25,089 nt of DNA from assembly GCA_038893835.1 (NCBI GenBank), contig JAWAQR010000020.1, forward strand, positions 1 through 25,089. The letters run 5' to 3'. How positions within the stretch are numbered: position 1 is the stretch's first letter; every line of letters begins with the position of its first letter. This document shows positions 8,138-19,042 of this stretch, piece after piece. The position numbers and the translations under genes were made by a program. Origin of the DNA: Archaeoglobaceae archaeon (GTDB taxonomy: Archaea > Halobacteriota > Archaeoglobi > Archaeoglobales > Archaeoglobaceae). The notes beneath the pieces were generated by a model that saw nothing but the letters and a program-made list of their open reading frames with translations, was not told the DNA's origin and did not search any database.

Positions 8138-9297
8138 GATAATTGCAAAACTCAAGATGGTAATTCTTTTGAATCTTCCAACCATGATAGTTCCAGTTTT
8201 ATCAAATGCAACGACATCAATTTCACAAGCTTTTTCAAGCGCTACAACGTTCCTCACACTATTTCCCTCACGAGTCGCAACGTTAACCCCAGCAACAACT
8301 GCAGTGGGGTTACGAGACCAGCATGCAGAGACAAGCGAAGTCTCAAGGCTTGCTTCAAAGATTAGATACCAAGTTGTGAACGTCGTTGAGGCTACGATTA
8401 TCATTATCCATGTGAATAGCCCAGCCACTTTATCCACGATTCTCTGTATCCGAGCTTTCCAGTTTGGGCTTGGGAGACAATCTTTGCTATCTGAGCTAAA
8501 ACCGTTTCTTTTCCAATTCTGGTTGCATTAATGTGAAGTCAACCGTCGCCGATCTTCAGCTCATCGATTTTGACTTTAACCTCCTTTTCCCCAACTAATA
8601 CACTTCCCTCTTGTGGTTGCATTTCTAGGAGCTTCTTAACTCTCCAGCCTTGTGCTTAGTCTTTGCTTCAATGTATCGGCCTAAGAGCACAAAAGCGATT
8701 ATTAAAACAGAAGCCTCATAGTAAACATCTCTCTTATGAGTTTCATCGTCACAGCGACGCTGTAAACGTAGATCGAAGCAGTTCCCAACGCAACCAATGT
8801 GTCCATATTTGCAACGCCATCCTCAAAGTCCTGTAAGTAGCTCTGAAAAATCCCAGAGCATTGTAAATTTCCGCGGGAACTAGACGGGAGGTCATGTGAT
8901 CTACGAAGAGAATCAGCAGTGCGAAGCCAATCGCCAAAGATGCAATCAACCACCTCAGCATTGAGGAGAGCTCAACTTTGCCAACGTCTTCAAACTCTTG
9001 TTCAAATGAGACGCGCTCACATCTATAACTCCAGGGAGATCCCTGAACTTCGCTTCAACTATCGATTCGTCGTCTATGGAAACCATGTTCTCAACGCTGA
9101 TCGTAATCTCTGCTTTGTGAACGTCGTAACCAGCATTAGCTATATCCTTTAAATGAACCTTGGATGGATCGTAAGAAAACAAAGCCTCATCCAAGGCCAA
9201 GCTAACCTGAACACTTTTCATACCCTCAAAGCTCTTGATTGCCTTCTCAATCGCTAAAACGCAGGAAGCACAGTGAATTCCTAAGATCTTCAGCTTT
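8134..9297 (-). pseudogene. copA: Degraded CopA-type P1B heavy-metal ATPase
   Basis: Fragments in several frames: LKILGIHCASC (HMA, CxxC 9261-9272), NMDTLVALGT, YYEASVLIIAFVLLGRYIE, ATRIGKETVLAQI, IQRIVDKVA, ACWSRNPTA (broken CPC), FDKTGT (8189-8203). No start codon; stops, frameshifts and large deletions. Confidence 0.9.
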
Positions 9298-9380
9298 TCA
9301 GTGAAAATTAAAAATGCTTTTGGCTTTACATTGATTCATGTAAAGAAACAAATTCTAAAAATAGCAAAATTAAGAAAATC

Positions 9381-10088
9381 TTACTCCTCAATCTTTTCTT
9401 CCTCAATTTTTTCCACAACAGCGGTAGGTATAACCTTTCTCTTTAGACTTTCATATAACTTTCTTGCCTCTTCATCTGAAACGTATTTGGCAGCTGTTGT
9501 AAGTATACCTATGTTGCTTCTTAGCACTTCTTCAGCACTTTTTCCAGCCAGAGGTATCTTCTGTTTTTCCACTATGAGTGGAGAAGGTTCTACAATTGCA
9601 GCTTTCTTTATGTAAATGAATTCCTCATTTATTGGAGTTAAGACCAGTGCACCAACTTCTCTTTCACCGAGTTTCACAGCCAAAACTATATCTCCATCCT
9701 CTGTCTCACCCAGCTTTTCCAGCGAATACTCCACTATACCCGTCATTATCGCTTCAGCCTTTGAAAGCCCGGATTCCAAAGCCTTTCGGACTAGGTCATC
9801 TGAAACTTTTTTGAATACTTCTACTTTTAGTGTATCCAATTTCCAGTTCACTTTTCCCTGTGAAAGTTCGTATTCAATCACTATTCTAACAACATCTCCT
9901 TTCTCAACCTTCAACTCCTCCACAAGTATGTTGTAAAGAAGCCTGTTTAACTGCGCTACGCTGCGGGCAATTTCCTCTCCCTTTATTACCCCTTCCTTCA
10001 TCGCATCTCGTAACTGGGCAAATGCAGTTCTCCTAATCTTATCCGCATACGCTCCAGCAATAATAAAACCGGAGCTCAACTTGGGCAA
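9381..10088 (-). CDS. DUF2258 / ThermoDBP-related nucleic-acid-binding protein
   Basis: MPKLSSGFIIAGAYADKIRRTAFAQ...LNRLLYNILV..LKVEKGDVVRI is DUF2258-like; TTG 10088 preceded by RBS GAGGTGA (10094-10100); acidic tail EKIEEEKIEE. Confidence 0.8.
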   Translation of the reverse strand: MPKLSSGFIIAGAYADKIRRTAFAQLRDAMKEGVIKGEEIARSVAQLNRLLYNILVEELKVEKGDVVRIVIEYELSQGKVNWKLDTLKVEVFKKVSDDLVRKALESGLSKAEAIMTGIVEYSLEKLGETEDGDIVLAVKLGEREVGALVLTPINEEFIYIKKAAIVEPSPLIVEKQKIPLAGKSAEEVLRSNIGILTTAAKYVSDEEARKLYESLKRKVIPTAVVEKIEEEKIEE

Positions 10089-10174
10089 TTCTATCACCTC
10101 TTCGATTTTTTGAACTCCCTTTGAATATTGACTCTTTGGTTATAAAAAATTAAATATCTGTTGTAGGTTGCAAC

Positions 10175-10915
10175 ATGGAAAAGGTCAAGTTTATTCTCGA
10201 AGATGAAGTTGCTAGAGTGATCTTAAATCGGCCTGAAAAGAAAAATGCTTTGAATGAGCAAGTTCTGAATGAGCTGAGAGAAGCAATCGACCTGGTAAAG
10301 GAATCATCAGCAAAAGTTTTAGTTCTTTCTGGAGAAGGAGATACATTTTGCTCTGGTCTAGATAGAGAACTTCTAATGAATCTGACCCAAAAAGGGAGCT
10401 TTGGAGATCAAGAACTCACTTCTTTAATAGAATTCGTTCAGAATTTGATCTACGACATAAGAACACTCAAAATTCCCGTTATTGCTGCAGTTCAGCGATA
10501 TGCAATTGGAGGGGGAATGCAGTTGGCTCTTGCAGCAGATATCAGAATTGCAACCCCAGGAACGATTTTTTGGCTAAGAGAACCAGAGTTCGGGATAATT
10601 CCGGATATGGGAGCATTGCAAATACTTCCAAAGCTGGTTGGAGATGGAATTGCTAGAGAAATCGTTTTCACTAGGAGAAAAGTTACTGCGGAAGAGGGAA
10701 AAATGATAGGTCTTGTGAACGAGATATATGAGAACTTGGAAAATGGGATCAAGGAATACGTGCAGAAACTGATTTCAGTTCCAAGCTATACCTTGGCGGA
10801 GGCGAAGATGGTGATGGAAAGGAGTTGGCATTTGAGCTTGAAGGATAGCTTTAAGGAGAACAGAGATGCGCAGGTGAGATGCATAAGGGAAACGATTAGA
10901 AAATTTAAATCATAG
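10175..10915 (+). CDS. Enoyl-CoA hydratase/isomerase (crotonase) family protein
   Basis: LNRPEKKNAL, FCSGLD, PVIAAV..YAIGGG, GIIPDMG and GLVNE motifs. Confidence 0.92.
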   Translation: MEKVKFILEDEVARVILNRPEKKNALNEQVLNELREAIDLVKESSAKVLVLSGEGDTFCSGLDRELLMNLTQKGSFGDQELTSLIEFVQNLIYDIRTLKIPVIAAVQRYAIGGGMQLALAADIRIATPGTIFWLREPEFGIIPDMGALQILPKLVGDGIAREIVFTRRKVTAEEGKMIGLVNEIYENLENGIKEYVQKLISVPSYTLAEAKMVMERSWHLSLKDSFKENRDAQVRCIRETIRKFKS

Positions 10916-10975
10916 CATGCTAAACGCAATTCAGCACGCAAGCTTAAAATATTAGTTATGCTTATATAAAGTACT

Positions 10976-11488
10976 GTGAAAACGTTGATGAAAGGTGATG
11001 AACTTATTGCTGAGCTAGTTTCAAGGGTTGCCGGAGAAATTGGAGCAATTCTTTATTCCCTTGGGATTAAGAACGAATTCACAGACGATCAGCTTGCATT
11101 GGAGCTTGGAATAGAGATAAACGAGATTAGAAAAGCTCTTTTCGCAATGTACGAAATAGGTCTGGCAGAGTACAAGAGGAGGAGGGACGATGAAACTGGT
11201 TGGATGGAATATTATTGGAAGATAAACTACGATAAGGCTAAGATTGTGCTTAGAAGGGAACTTGAGAAGACGAAGAGAAATCTTGAAAAGAAGCTTGAAA
11301 ATGAGACAAGTGCGATTTATTACATTTGCCCGAACGTATGTGTAAAGCTTAACTACGATGAGGCAATAGCAAACAACTTTTCCTGTCCAAATTGTGGAAG
11401 CCCTCTCGAGTATTTGGACAACAAGGAAGCTATTAAGAAGATAAAGGAGGAAATAGCAAACATAGAAAAGCTTCTAGCAAGCCTTTAA
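10976..11488 (+). CDS. tfe: Transcription factor E (TFE alpha)
   Basis: TDDQLA.ELGI.INEIRKAL..MYE.GL..Y.R.RD.ETGW..YYW wHTH plus Zn ribbon CPNVC...FSCPNCG; true start may be ATG 10988. Confidence 0.93.
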   Translation: MKTLMKGDELIAELVSRVAGEIGAILYSLGIKNEFTDDQLALELGIEINEIRKALFAMYEIGLAEYKRRRDDETGWMEYYWKINYDKAKIVLRRELEKTKRNLEKKLENETSAIYYICPNVCVKLNYDEAIANNFSCPNCGSPLEYLDNKEAIKKIKEEIANIEKLLASL

Positions 11489-12265
11489 ATGTTTCAATAT
11501 TTCTTCCCTTATTTTTCTGCTAACCCTTATGCTTGTCTCTATAACTTCTTCGAAAAGCGATTCGCTGAGCAAGTAATCTCCACTCTTTTGAATTGCCACG
11601 ATGTTGTCGTTTTTATCAACAGTCACAGTCAAAGTCCGCTCTCCAACGCTCATTTCATCCCTCGTAGGATCGACCAAAAAATCGTCTCCAATGATGAGCG
11701 ATGTAACGCTTACAGGTATGTCATTTATCGGTAAATCATAGTCTTCTCCTATTCCAAATCTGCTTGCGGGAACTTTTGTGTTCATCAAAGCGCAAATAGA
11801 TGCAATGGCAGAAGCATCAAGGAGGTTTCCATCATCATCCAGGGCATGGATGTCGACGAAGATTAGCCAGACTTTTTTCCCAGGCTCTATGCAAAGTTTA
11901 GACAGGTCTACTGCTTCACTTTCTCTTATTCCACGATCCACAACTCTTGCAAGTTCTATGGAATTCTCATCTGGTGGACCCGGTTCAAAGGTTGGAGAGG
12001 CCAGTGGCACGAGTTCAGCATTGACTATTATTACTCCCCTATCTGGGACATCTGGAAATGGCTCTCCTGGTTGCATTTTTACACCAACAACAACCTGCGT
12101 ATTTCCAAGCTTTACCAGCGCCGAACCCTCAGCTTTTCCTATTATCCCTGTCTTTATCTCTATCTTTCTGAACTCATCGAACTTTCTGCCGTCTATTCTT
12201 TCCCCATCCCTAAGCTTCGATAGCACATAATCCTTTTTTATCTCTGAAAGTATGTCTTCAGTCAT
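11474..12265 (-). CDS. rrp42: Exosome complex component Rrp42
   Basis: RIDGRKFDEFR, KAEGSALVKLGNT, FEPGPPDENSIELARVVDRGIRES, DDDGNLLDA. Confidence 0.96.
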   Translation of the reverse strand: MTEDILSEIKKDYVLSKLRDGERIDGRKFDEFRKIEIKTGIIGKAEGSALVKLGNTQVVVGVKMQPGEPFPDVPDRGVIIVNAELVPLASPTFEPGPPDENSIELARVVDRGIRESEAVDLSKLCIEPGKKVWLIFVDIHALDDDGNLLDASAIASICALMNTKVPASRFGIGEDYDLPINDIPVSVTSLIIGDDFLVDPTRDEMSVGERTLTVTVDKNDNIVAIQKSGDYLLSESLFEEVIETSIRVSRKIREEILKHLKAC

Positions 12266-12989
12266 TTTCCTCCTCGATGAACTTCTTCATTATAGCTTCC
12301 CTCTGCAACTGATATATCTCCATAGCCCCCTTCTTTGCAAGCTTTATCGCCTCCTTTATTTCTTCCTTTGTCATTCTACCATCCATCTGCAACAAGGCTA
12401 TCGACTCTATCTTTCCTCCTCTTATTAGAAAAGCGAATGGCATGTCTGCCTCGCCAAAGTTATCTTCTTCCTTCATTGGATCCAAAACAAGGACTCCATC
12501 AACCTTTGCAACAGCTACAGATGTAAGGATCCCCTTCATCGGAATTCCGGCATCAACCAAAGCTACACTTGCAGCATTTATGCATGCAGTCCTGCTACCA
12601 GCATCTGCTTGCAAGACTTCGACAAAGATATCTATAGCACTCCTTGGAAAAAGTTCTTTCATTATCACTGCCTCAAAAGCCTCCTTGCTAACCTTCGATA
12701 TCTCTATGCTCCTCCTATCCGGTCCAGGTCTTTTTCTTTCCTCAACGCTGAAAGGTGCCATGTTGTATCTATACCTTATTATTGCCTTTGTTGGATCCTG
12801 AATGTGCCTTGGATGAGCCTCTCTTGGCCCATAAACTGCTGCAACTACTCTGTTCTTTCCCATTTCAAGATAGCATGATCCATCAGCTCTCTTCAAATAA
12901 TCTACCTCGATCTTAATCGGCCTTAGTTGATCAGGAGCTCTTCCATCGAGCCTTTTTCCGTTTATTATGAACCTTTCTGGTCTAGACAT
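12258..12989 (-). CDS. rrp41: Exosome complex exonuclease Rrp41
   Basis: [55 protein letters not shown]. Confidence 0.97.
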   Translation of the reverse strand: MSRPERFIINGKRLDGRAPDQLRPIKIEVDYLKRADGSCYLEMGKNRVVAAVYGPREAHPRHIQDPTKAIIRYRYNMAPFSVEERKRPGPDRRSIEISKVSKEAFEAVIMKELFPRSAIDIFVEVLQADAGSRTACINAASVALVDAGIPMKGILTSVAVAKVDGVLVLDPMKEEDNFGEADMPFAFLIRGGKIESIALLQMDGRMTKEEIKEAIKLAKKGAMEIYQLQREAIMKKFIEEEND

Positions 12990-13642
12990 TCTTTCCTCCT
13001 CCTTATGAATTCCGCAACTCTATCAGTCAAACCATCTGTGTGTGCCTCCTCCTCTATTAAATATATAGCCTCCTCCGCAATCGAAATCTTTTTTCTATCT
13101 CCATTGAGCCAAATAAGTCCATTTTGACCTGCTACAATTTGAACATCCAACTCGCTTTTTATGAGCTTGATCATGCTACCCTTTTTCCCTATAACTCTCG
13201 GAATCCGTGCAGGATTTATTGCTACAATTCTACCAAATCTTATAGCTCTGCAAATCTTGTCCTTCATCGTAACAGTTACTCTCATTCTCGGATCTATATT
13301 CACAACCTTTGCAATCACAGCATCTCCAAGATCGAGAATTTCATTTGGCTTCTTTCCAGGCTTCACTTCGGGATTTTCAAGCAAAGGTAAAAATGCTTGA
13401 TAAGGAGAATTTATGTCTAAATTCCAGCCATTTGCCGTAACTTCTTTAACAATCCCAATTACTGTGTCTCCGATTGAGGGAGTGTATTTCCCCTTCAGCG
13501 GAATGACTCTGATCGAGTTATCCGTTTCATCAAATAATCCGAGTATTTTTGCATAAACTTTATCCCCTTCGATGTACGTTCCATATCCGGCAATTTTAGG
13601 ATTGTTCGAAAGAAAATCTCCGGGAAGAACAATTCTTCTCAT
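12965..13642 (-). CDS. rrp4: Exosome RNA-binding cap protein Rrp4 (S1+KH)
   Basis: [17 protein letters not shown]1 domain, [13 protein letters not shown] motif, [10 protein letters not shown]. Confidence 0.96.
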   Translation of the reverse strand: MRRIVLPGDFLSNNPKIAGYGTYIEGDKVYAKILGLFDETDNSIRVIPLKGKYTPSIGDTVIGIVKEVTANGWNLDINSPYQAFLPLLENPEVKPGKKPNEILDLGDAVIAKVVNIDPRMRVTVTMKDKICRAIRFGRIVAINPARIPRVIGKKGSMIKLIKSELDVQIVAGQNGLIWLNGDRKKISIAEEAIYLIEEEAHTDGLTDRVAEFIRRRKECLDQKGS

Positions 13643-14343
13643 CCTATTCTCCTCAGTATCCTAGTTAAAGCCTCTCCTTTGGTGACTTTTCCCAGAAGAT
13701 CCATTAGATCTCCATACATTCCACTCGGTATCTTCATCACACAGATCCAGCTGCCATCTTTCTGCCACTCCTCTTTTATAACTCCTCCGAATTTGTAAAG
13801 CGCTGAGATCGCTTTTCCAGCATATTCTGCTGGAACTTTTATTGCTATTTCCATTTCTTCAAACTTCAGAGGAAGGATTGGCTTTAACGCTTTTACTATA
13901 TCTTTTATCTGCGCTTCAACAGATTTAAAGATGTCTATATGTACTTTTGCCTCCTCCAGAGCCCTTTCTATTCTAGCTGGGGGATGAGGTGTGTTTGTTC
14001 TGGGATCTATCGTGTTCTTGCTGAGAAAAGTTACTATCTGCTTTTTCTTCGCTTCCAGCATTTCCCTTCTTTGTTCAGCAGTAATTTGCACTTCTCCTTC
14101 CATTATTATGGTTTTTGCAATATCCCTTATGTTCGTAGTTCCGAAGATCTTTTGCAAATCCTCAACTGGAACCCTTTCCCCTTTTCTTGCATTTTTGAAA
14201 ACTTCTTCCACAGCCAGCAAATCGTCGAAGTTTACTTCCTTTCCCTCCTTGAGATCCCTTGCAAGATAGGGATCAACTAAGATCTCGAAATCCATTCCCC
14301 CCTTTCTAAGCTTTGCTATAACAGCTTTTTCAAGCGATACCAT
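13639..14343 (-). CDS. Ribosome maturation protein SBDS/Sdo1
   Basis: [12 protein letters not shown]...[36 protein letters not shown]; start reassigned to ATG 14343. Confidence 0.96.
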   Translation of the reverse strand: MVSLEKAVIAKLRKGGMDFEILVDPYLARDLKEGKEVNFDDLLAVEEVFKNARKGERVPVEDLQKIFGTTNIRDIAKTIIMEGEVQITAEQRREMLEAKKKQIVTFLSKNTIDPRTNTPHPPARIERALEEAKVHIDIFKSVEAQIKDIVKALKPILPLKFEEMEIAIKVPAEYAGKAISALYKFGGVIKEEWQKDGSWICVMKIPSGMYGDLMDLLGKVTKGEALTRILRRIG

Positions 14344-14344
14344 A

Positions 14345-15081
14345 TCACTTCTTAAGCTCAAGCCTAATTCTTTCGTTCGCCTTTTCCACGAACTTTCTAA
14401 GCTCTTCAACGCTCATTTCCTTGTAAACTTTTTCATCTGTCTTAACGTATCCAACTTCGATGTTCTCTGCCTGAAGTTCACTTTCTATGCTCTTCCCCAT
14501 CGCGATTAGGGCAAGAATTAAAGCTTCTTCAAATGTCAAGTCGTCTCTATATTCTTTTTCAAAGAACTCCATCACAACATTTCTCCCCATTCCTATAGCT
14601 GTCGCCTTGTATTCAAGTAAAGCACCACTTGGATCGGTTTCATAGAGCTTTGGAACTGTGTCAACACCTGCAATCAGCAGTGAGACTCCAAAAGGTCTTA
14701 CACCTCCGAACTGCGTGAACTGCTGTTTGAAATCACAAATCCTTTTTGCCAGCTCCTTCACAGTTATTGGCTCCTCATAAGTCAACCTGTTTATCTGTGC
14801 CTCAATTCTAGCCCTCTCAATGAGCACTCTAGCATCCGCAACAAGTCCAGAGGTTGCTGCGCATATATGCTCGTCTATCTTGTATATCTTCTCTATCGTA
14901 TCCGCTTCAAGTAACCTTGATCCAACTCTTCTATCTGCTACCAGTATAACTCCCTCCTTTGTCTTTATCCCTATAGCTGTCGCTCCCCTTTTTACAGCCT
15001 CTCTTGCATATTCAACTTGGAAAAGCCTACCATCTGGGCTAAATACGGTAATTGCTCTATCGTATCCCATTTGAGGAATGT

Positions 15082-15085
<4 letters not shown>
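14345..15085 (-). CDS. psmA: Proteasome subunit alpha
   Basis: [38 protein letters not shown]; RBS GGAGGTG at 15091-15097. Confidence 0.98.
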
Positions 15086-16538
<1,453 letters not shown>

Positions 16539-16564
16539 CTAGAAATCGATCGGGCTATAAATAT

Positions 16565-17347
16565 TCATTTTCCGTAAGAGTACTGTAGAACCAAGTTACC
16601 TTCTGAGTCGTAGAGGTAAAGGGTATCTTTATCGTTGTTCCAGATGGCCTTGCAGTTCTCTTTGGGACACCAATAGAGCTTTCTATCATCATTTTCTCCG
16701 CAACCGGAATAGATTGTAAAGGTTTTTCCACCTTCTGCTATGAACTCTGGGAATACAAAGACTTTTCCAGACTCATCGCTAATCTTCCATGAAGTCAGTT
16801 TACAGGAATGAGGGCAAACGTTTTTAAAGACTACGAACTCACCATTTGGATTTAAACAATCATCCCCTTCTGCATCCCACTGGAAGTATGCGATTCCTAT
16901 ACAATTTTTACAATCCATTTCCAGACTCCATATTCCTAGATTCGAATCTCTTGCAATCTTTTCCGCTTCTCTAAGCTTCGCTTCGTATTTTAATTTTTCA
17001 ACGATATGAGCATATGCCAAACCCTCTTTGACGAGTAAAACGTTTACAAAGACGTCATCGACGTAAACGTATCTGAGAAGTCTTCCATACCTATCTCTGT
17101 CTACTTTATCTTTTTCCAAAAGAACCGTTTTTCCTTCAACAAGTTCTCTAAGCCTTTCCTTTGCCTCCTCATAAAATTTCTGCCCTTTTTCTGGAGCATT
17201 TATTCCAAGCAATCGCACAAGTTCGCCATTGCTTAGTTTTAGCGTATCTCCATCGATTACTTCGACTACAAAAGCTCTTTCGAATTCGCTTGAAATGCAA
17301 AGGAGAAGGAATAGGAAAGCAATCCACACAAAACGATGAATCATCAA
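16565..17347 (-). CDS. Secreted/anchored thermonuclease (SNase) fused to a lamin-tail domain
   Basis: Hydrophobic N-terminus; VIDGDT, VRLLGINAPE, DRYGRLLRYV, LVKEGLA (SNase); NGEFVVFKN...WKISD...IWNNDKDTLYLYD (LTD). Confidence 0.88.
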   Translation of the reverse strand: MMIHRFVWIAFLFLLLCISSEFERAFVVEVIDGDTLKLSNGELVRLLGINAPEKGQKFYEEAKERLRELVEGKTVLLEKDKVDRDRYGRLLRYVYVDDVFVNVLLVKEGLAYAHIVEKLKYEAKLREAEKIARDSNLGIWSLEMDCKNCIGIAYFQWDAEGDDCLNPNGEFVVFKNVCPHSCKLTSWKISDESGKVFVFPEFIAEGGKTFTIYSGCGENDDRKLYWCPKENCKAIWNNDKDTLYLYDSEGNLVLQYSYGK

Positions 17348-17359
17348 CGAGTTTTTATT

Positions 17360-17394
17360 GCAGATTTAAAAACTTTGCGAAAAAAGTTTAAAGG
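17360..17394. promoter_or_regulatory. Divergent BRE/TATA promoters for the nuclease and Lrp genes
   Basis: TTTAAA (17365-17370) for the minus gene and GAAAAAAG-TTTAAAGG (TATA 17387-17394) for the plus gene, each about 25 nt from its start codon. Confidence 0.6.
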
Positions 17395-17412
17395 AATGTT
17401 CGATCTTTTTTC

Positions 17413-17862
17413 ATGGCAAAGATAGACGAAATAGACCTAGCAATTCTCAGAGAGCTTCAAGAAGATGCAAGAAAAAGCTTGAAGGAGATAGCTGAAAAAG
17501 TAGGTGTAGCAGAGGGAACGGTTTATAACAGGATAAACAAGATGAAAAACCTTGGAATTATTAAGAAATTCATTCCTGTGATCGATTATCCAATGTTAGG
17601 ATACGACATAACCGCTGTAATTGGAATAACTGCTGAAGGAGGACAAATAGTTGAAATTGAGGAGGAAATAGCTAAAGAAAGAAATGTAACAGCAGTATAT
17701 GACGTTACAGGAGATTTCGACATTTTAGTCGTTGCAAAATTTGAGAATAGAGAGAAATTAAATGAGTTTGTAAAAAAACTGCTGAGCATGAAGAGTGTTA
17801 AGAAAACGTACACGATGCTCGTCCTGAATGTCGTAAAGGAAACGCATTCAATTGAACTTTAA
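17413..17862 (+). CDS. Lrp/AsnC family transcriptional regulator
   Basis: IDEIDLAILRELQEDARKSLKEIAEKVGVAEGTVYNRI HTH; VYDVTGDFDI RAM domain. Confidence 0.95.
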   Translation: MAKIDEIDLAILRELQEDARKSLKEIAEKVGVAEGTVYNRINKMKNLGIIKKFIPVIDYPMLGYDITAVIGITAEGGQIVEIEEEIAKERNVTAVYDVTGDFDILVVAKFENREKLNEFVKKLLSMKSVKKTYTMLVLNVVKETHSIEL

Positions 17863-18986
17863 GTCGTGTACTCCGAATTTATCTTCACGTAATCGTAGCT
17901 CAGATCGCAGCCAATTGCGAAGTCTTCATAAGTTCCTTTATGGAGATCAACGATTATTCTGAAATTCCCTTTCATTATTTCTCTCGCCTCCTCTTCTTTT
18001 CCGGTTATTACTCCTTTCTCCACCAAAGTCACTCTCTTCTTTTCATTTTCAAAAGCGATTGTTATTACTTCATCAATCTCCGCTCCACTGTAGCCTATTG
18101 CAGATATTATCCTCCCCCAATTCGGATCTGAGCCAAAAATTGCTGTCTTTATTAGCAGAGAATTTGCTATCGTCTTTGCAACAATTTCGGCATCCATTTC
18201 ACTCTTAGCTCCCTTAACGATGACTTCAAAAACCTTCGTTGCCCCCTCACCATCGCTCGCTATCTGTCTTGCTATATTATAACAAACTTTCGATAGTTCT
18301 TCTTCAAAGATATCTCTGGCAATTTTTTCCTTTCCAAGTGCAAATAGTAGTACAGTATCATTCGTGGAAGTATCTCCATCCACCGTAAGCCTGTTTAGAG
18401 GTTTTACAGCATTTCTTAAAATCTCATAGAGTTCCCCAGCTTCGAATTTTGCAGAAGTGAAGATAAAGCAGAGCATTGTGGCAAGATTTGGACAAATCAT
18501 CCCAGCTCCTTTCGCAATAGCGGAGATCTTGGCTTTTTCACTGTAAGCCTTTTTTATAAATTTATCTGTAGTCATTATGGCTTTTGAAAACCTCTCAACG
18601 CAGTCCTTACTACTCCCAAGTCCAACAAAAACTTCCAGCGCTTTTTTTCTTATCCATTCCATGTTCAACCTCCTTCCTATTACCCCAGTTGAAGCGATTG
18701 CAACTTCTCTTGCATCGCAATTCAGCAGATTTCCTGCAATTCTGCACATCTCTCTCGCATCTTCCAGGCCCTCCTTTCCCGTATATGCGTTCGCGTTTCC
18801 GCTGTTCACTATGAGCCCTTTCACATATCCGGAGCTTATATTTTCCTTACATACTATTACTGGGGCAGCTTTTATTTTGTTATTCGTAAAAACCCCTGCA
18901 ACTGTTCCTTTGAACTTTGCAAGTGCTAAACCCATCTTTCCTTCTTTCAATCCATTGCATAGTACTCCTAGATCTGTGATTTCCAT
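17859..18986 (-). CDS. argJ: Ornithine acetyltransferase / glutamate N-acetyltransferase ArgJ
   Basis: NSGNANAYTG, ASTGVIG, IMTTD, KGAGMICPNLATML (autocleavage Thr), DGDTSTND, DGEGATK, DPNWGRI, DYVKINSEYTT. Confidence 0.96.
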   Translation of the reverse strand: MEITDLGVLCNGLKEGKMGLALAKFKGTVAGVFTNNKIKAAPVIVCKENISSGYVKGLIVNSGNANAYTGKEGLEDAREMCRIAGNLLNCDAREVAIASTGVIGRRLNMEWIRKKALEVFVGLGSSKDCVERFSKAIMTTDKFIKKAYSEKAKISAIAKGAGMICPNLATMLCFIFTSAKFEAGELYEILRNAVKPLNRLTVDGDTSTNDTVLLFALGKEKIARDIFEEELSKVCYNIARQIASDGEGATKVFEVIVKGAKSEMDAEIVAKTIANSLLIKTAIFGSDPNWGRIISAIGYSGAEIDEVITIAFENEKKRVTLVEKGVITGKEEEAREIMKGNFRIIVDLHKGTYEDFAIGCDLSYDYVKINSEYTT

Positions 18987-19042
18987 GACCAGAGTCTGGA
19001 GTTCGATTAAAAAACTCTTTTAAACGAAAGTGAACTCGGCTT

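Noticed and set aside
8039-8437. 132-aa ORF with DKTGT, plus + strand ORFs 8060-8365 and 8136-8531
   Set aside because: The first is a copA pseudogene fragment reading through the antisense of tRNA-Leu; the others are antisense shadows.
8530-8550. In-frame TGA in the copA relic as possible selenocysteine or readthrough
   Set aside because: It lies at a deletion junction in a gene with many other lesions and is not at a Cys position.
9301-9936. Plus-strand ORFs opposite DUF2258, and similar Ser/Phe/Ile-rich ORFs opposite rrp42, rrp41, rrp4, SBDS, psmA, pscS, argJ, pgk and exbB
   Set aside because: Antisense shadows of well-supported genes with no recognisable motifs.
14344-14409. N-terminal extension of SBDS in the ORF track (likewise PAC2 7948-8019)
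   Set aside because: Overlaps psmA or promoter DNA; conserved sequence begins at the downstream ATG.
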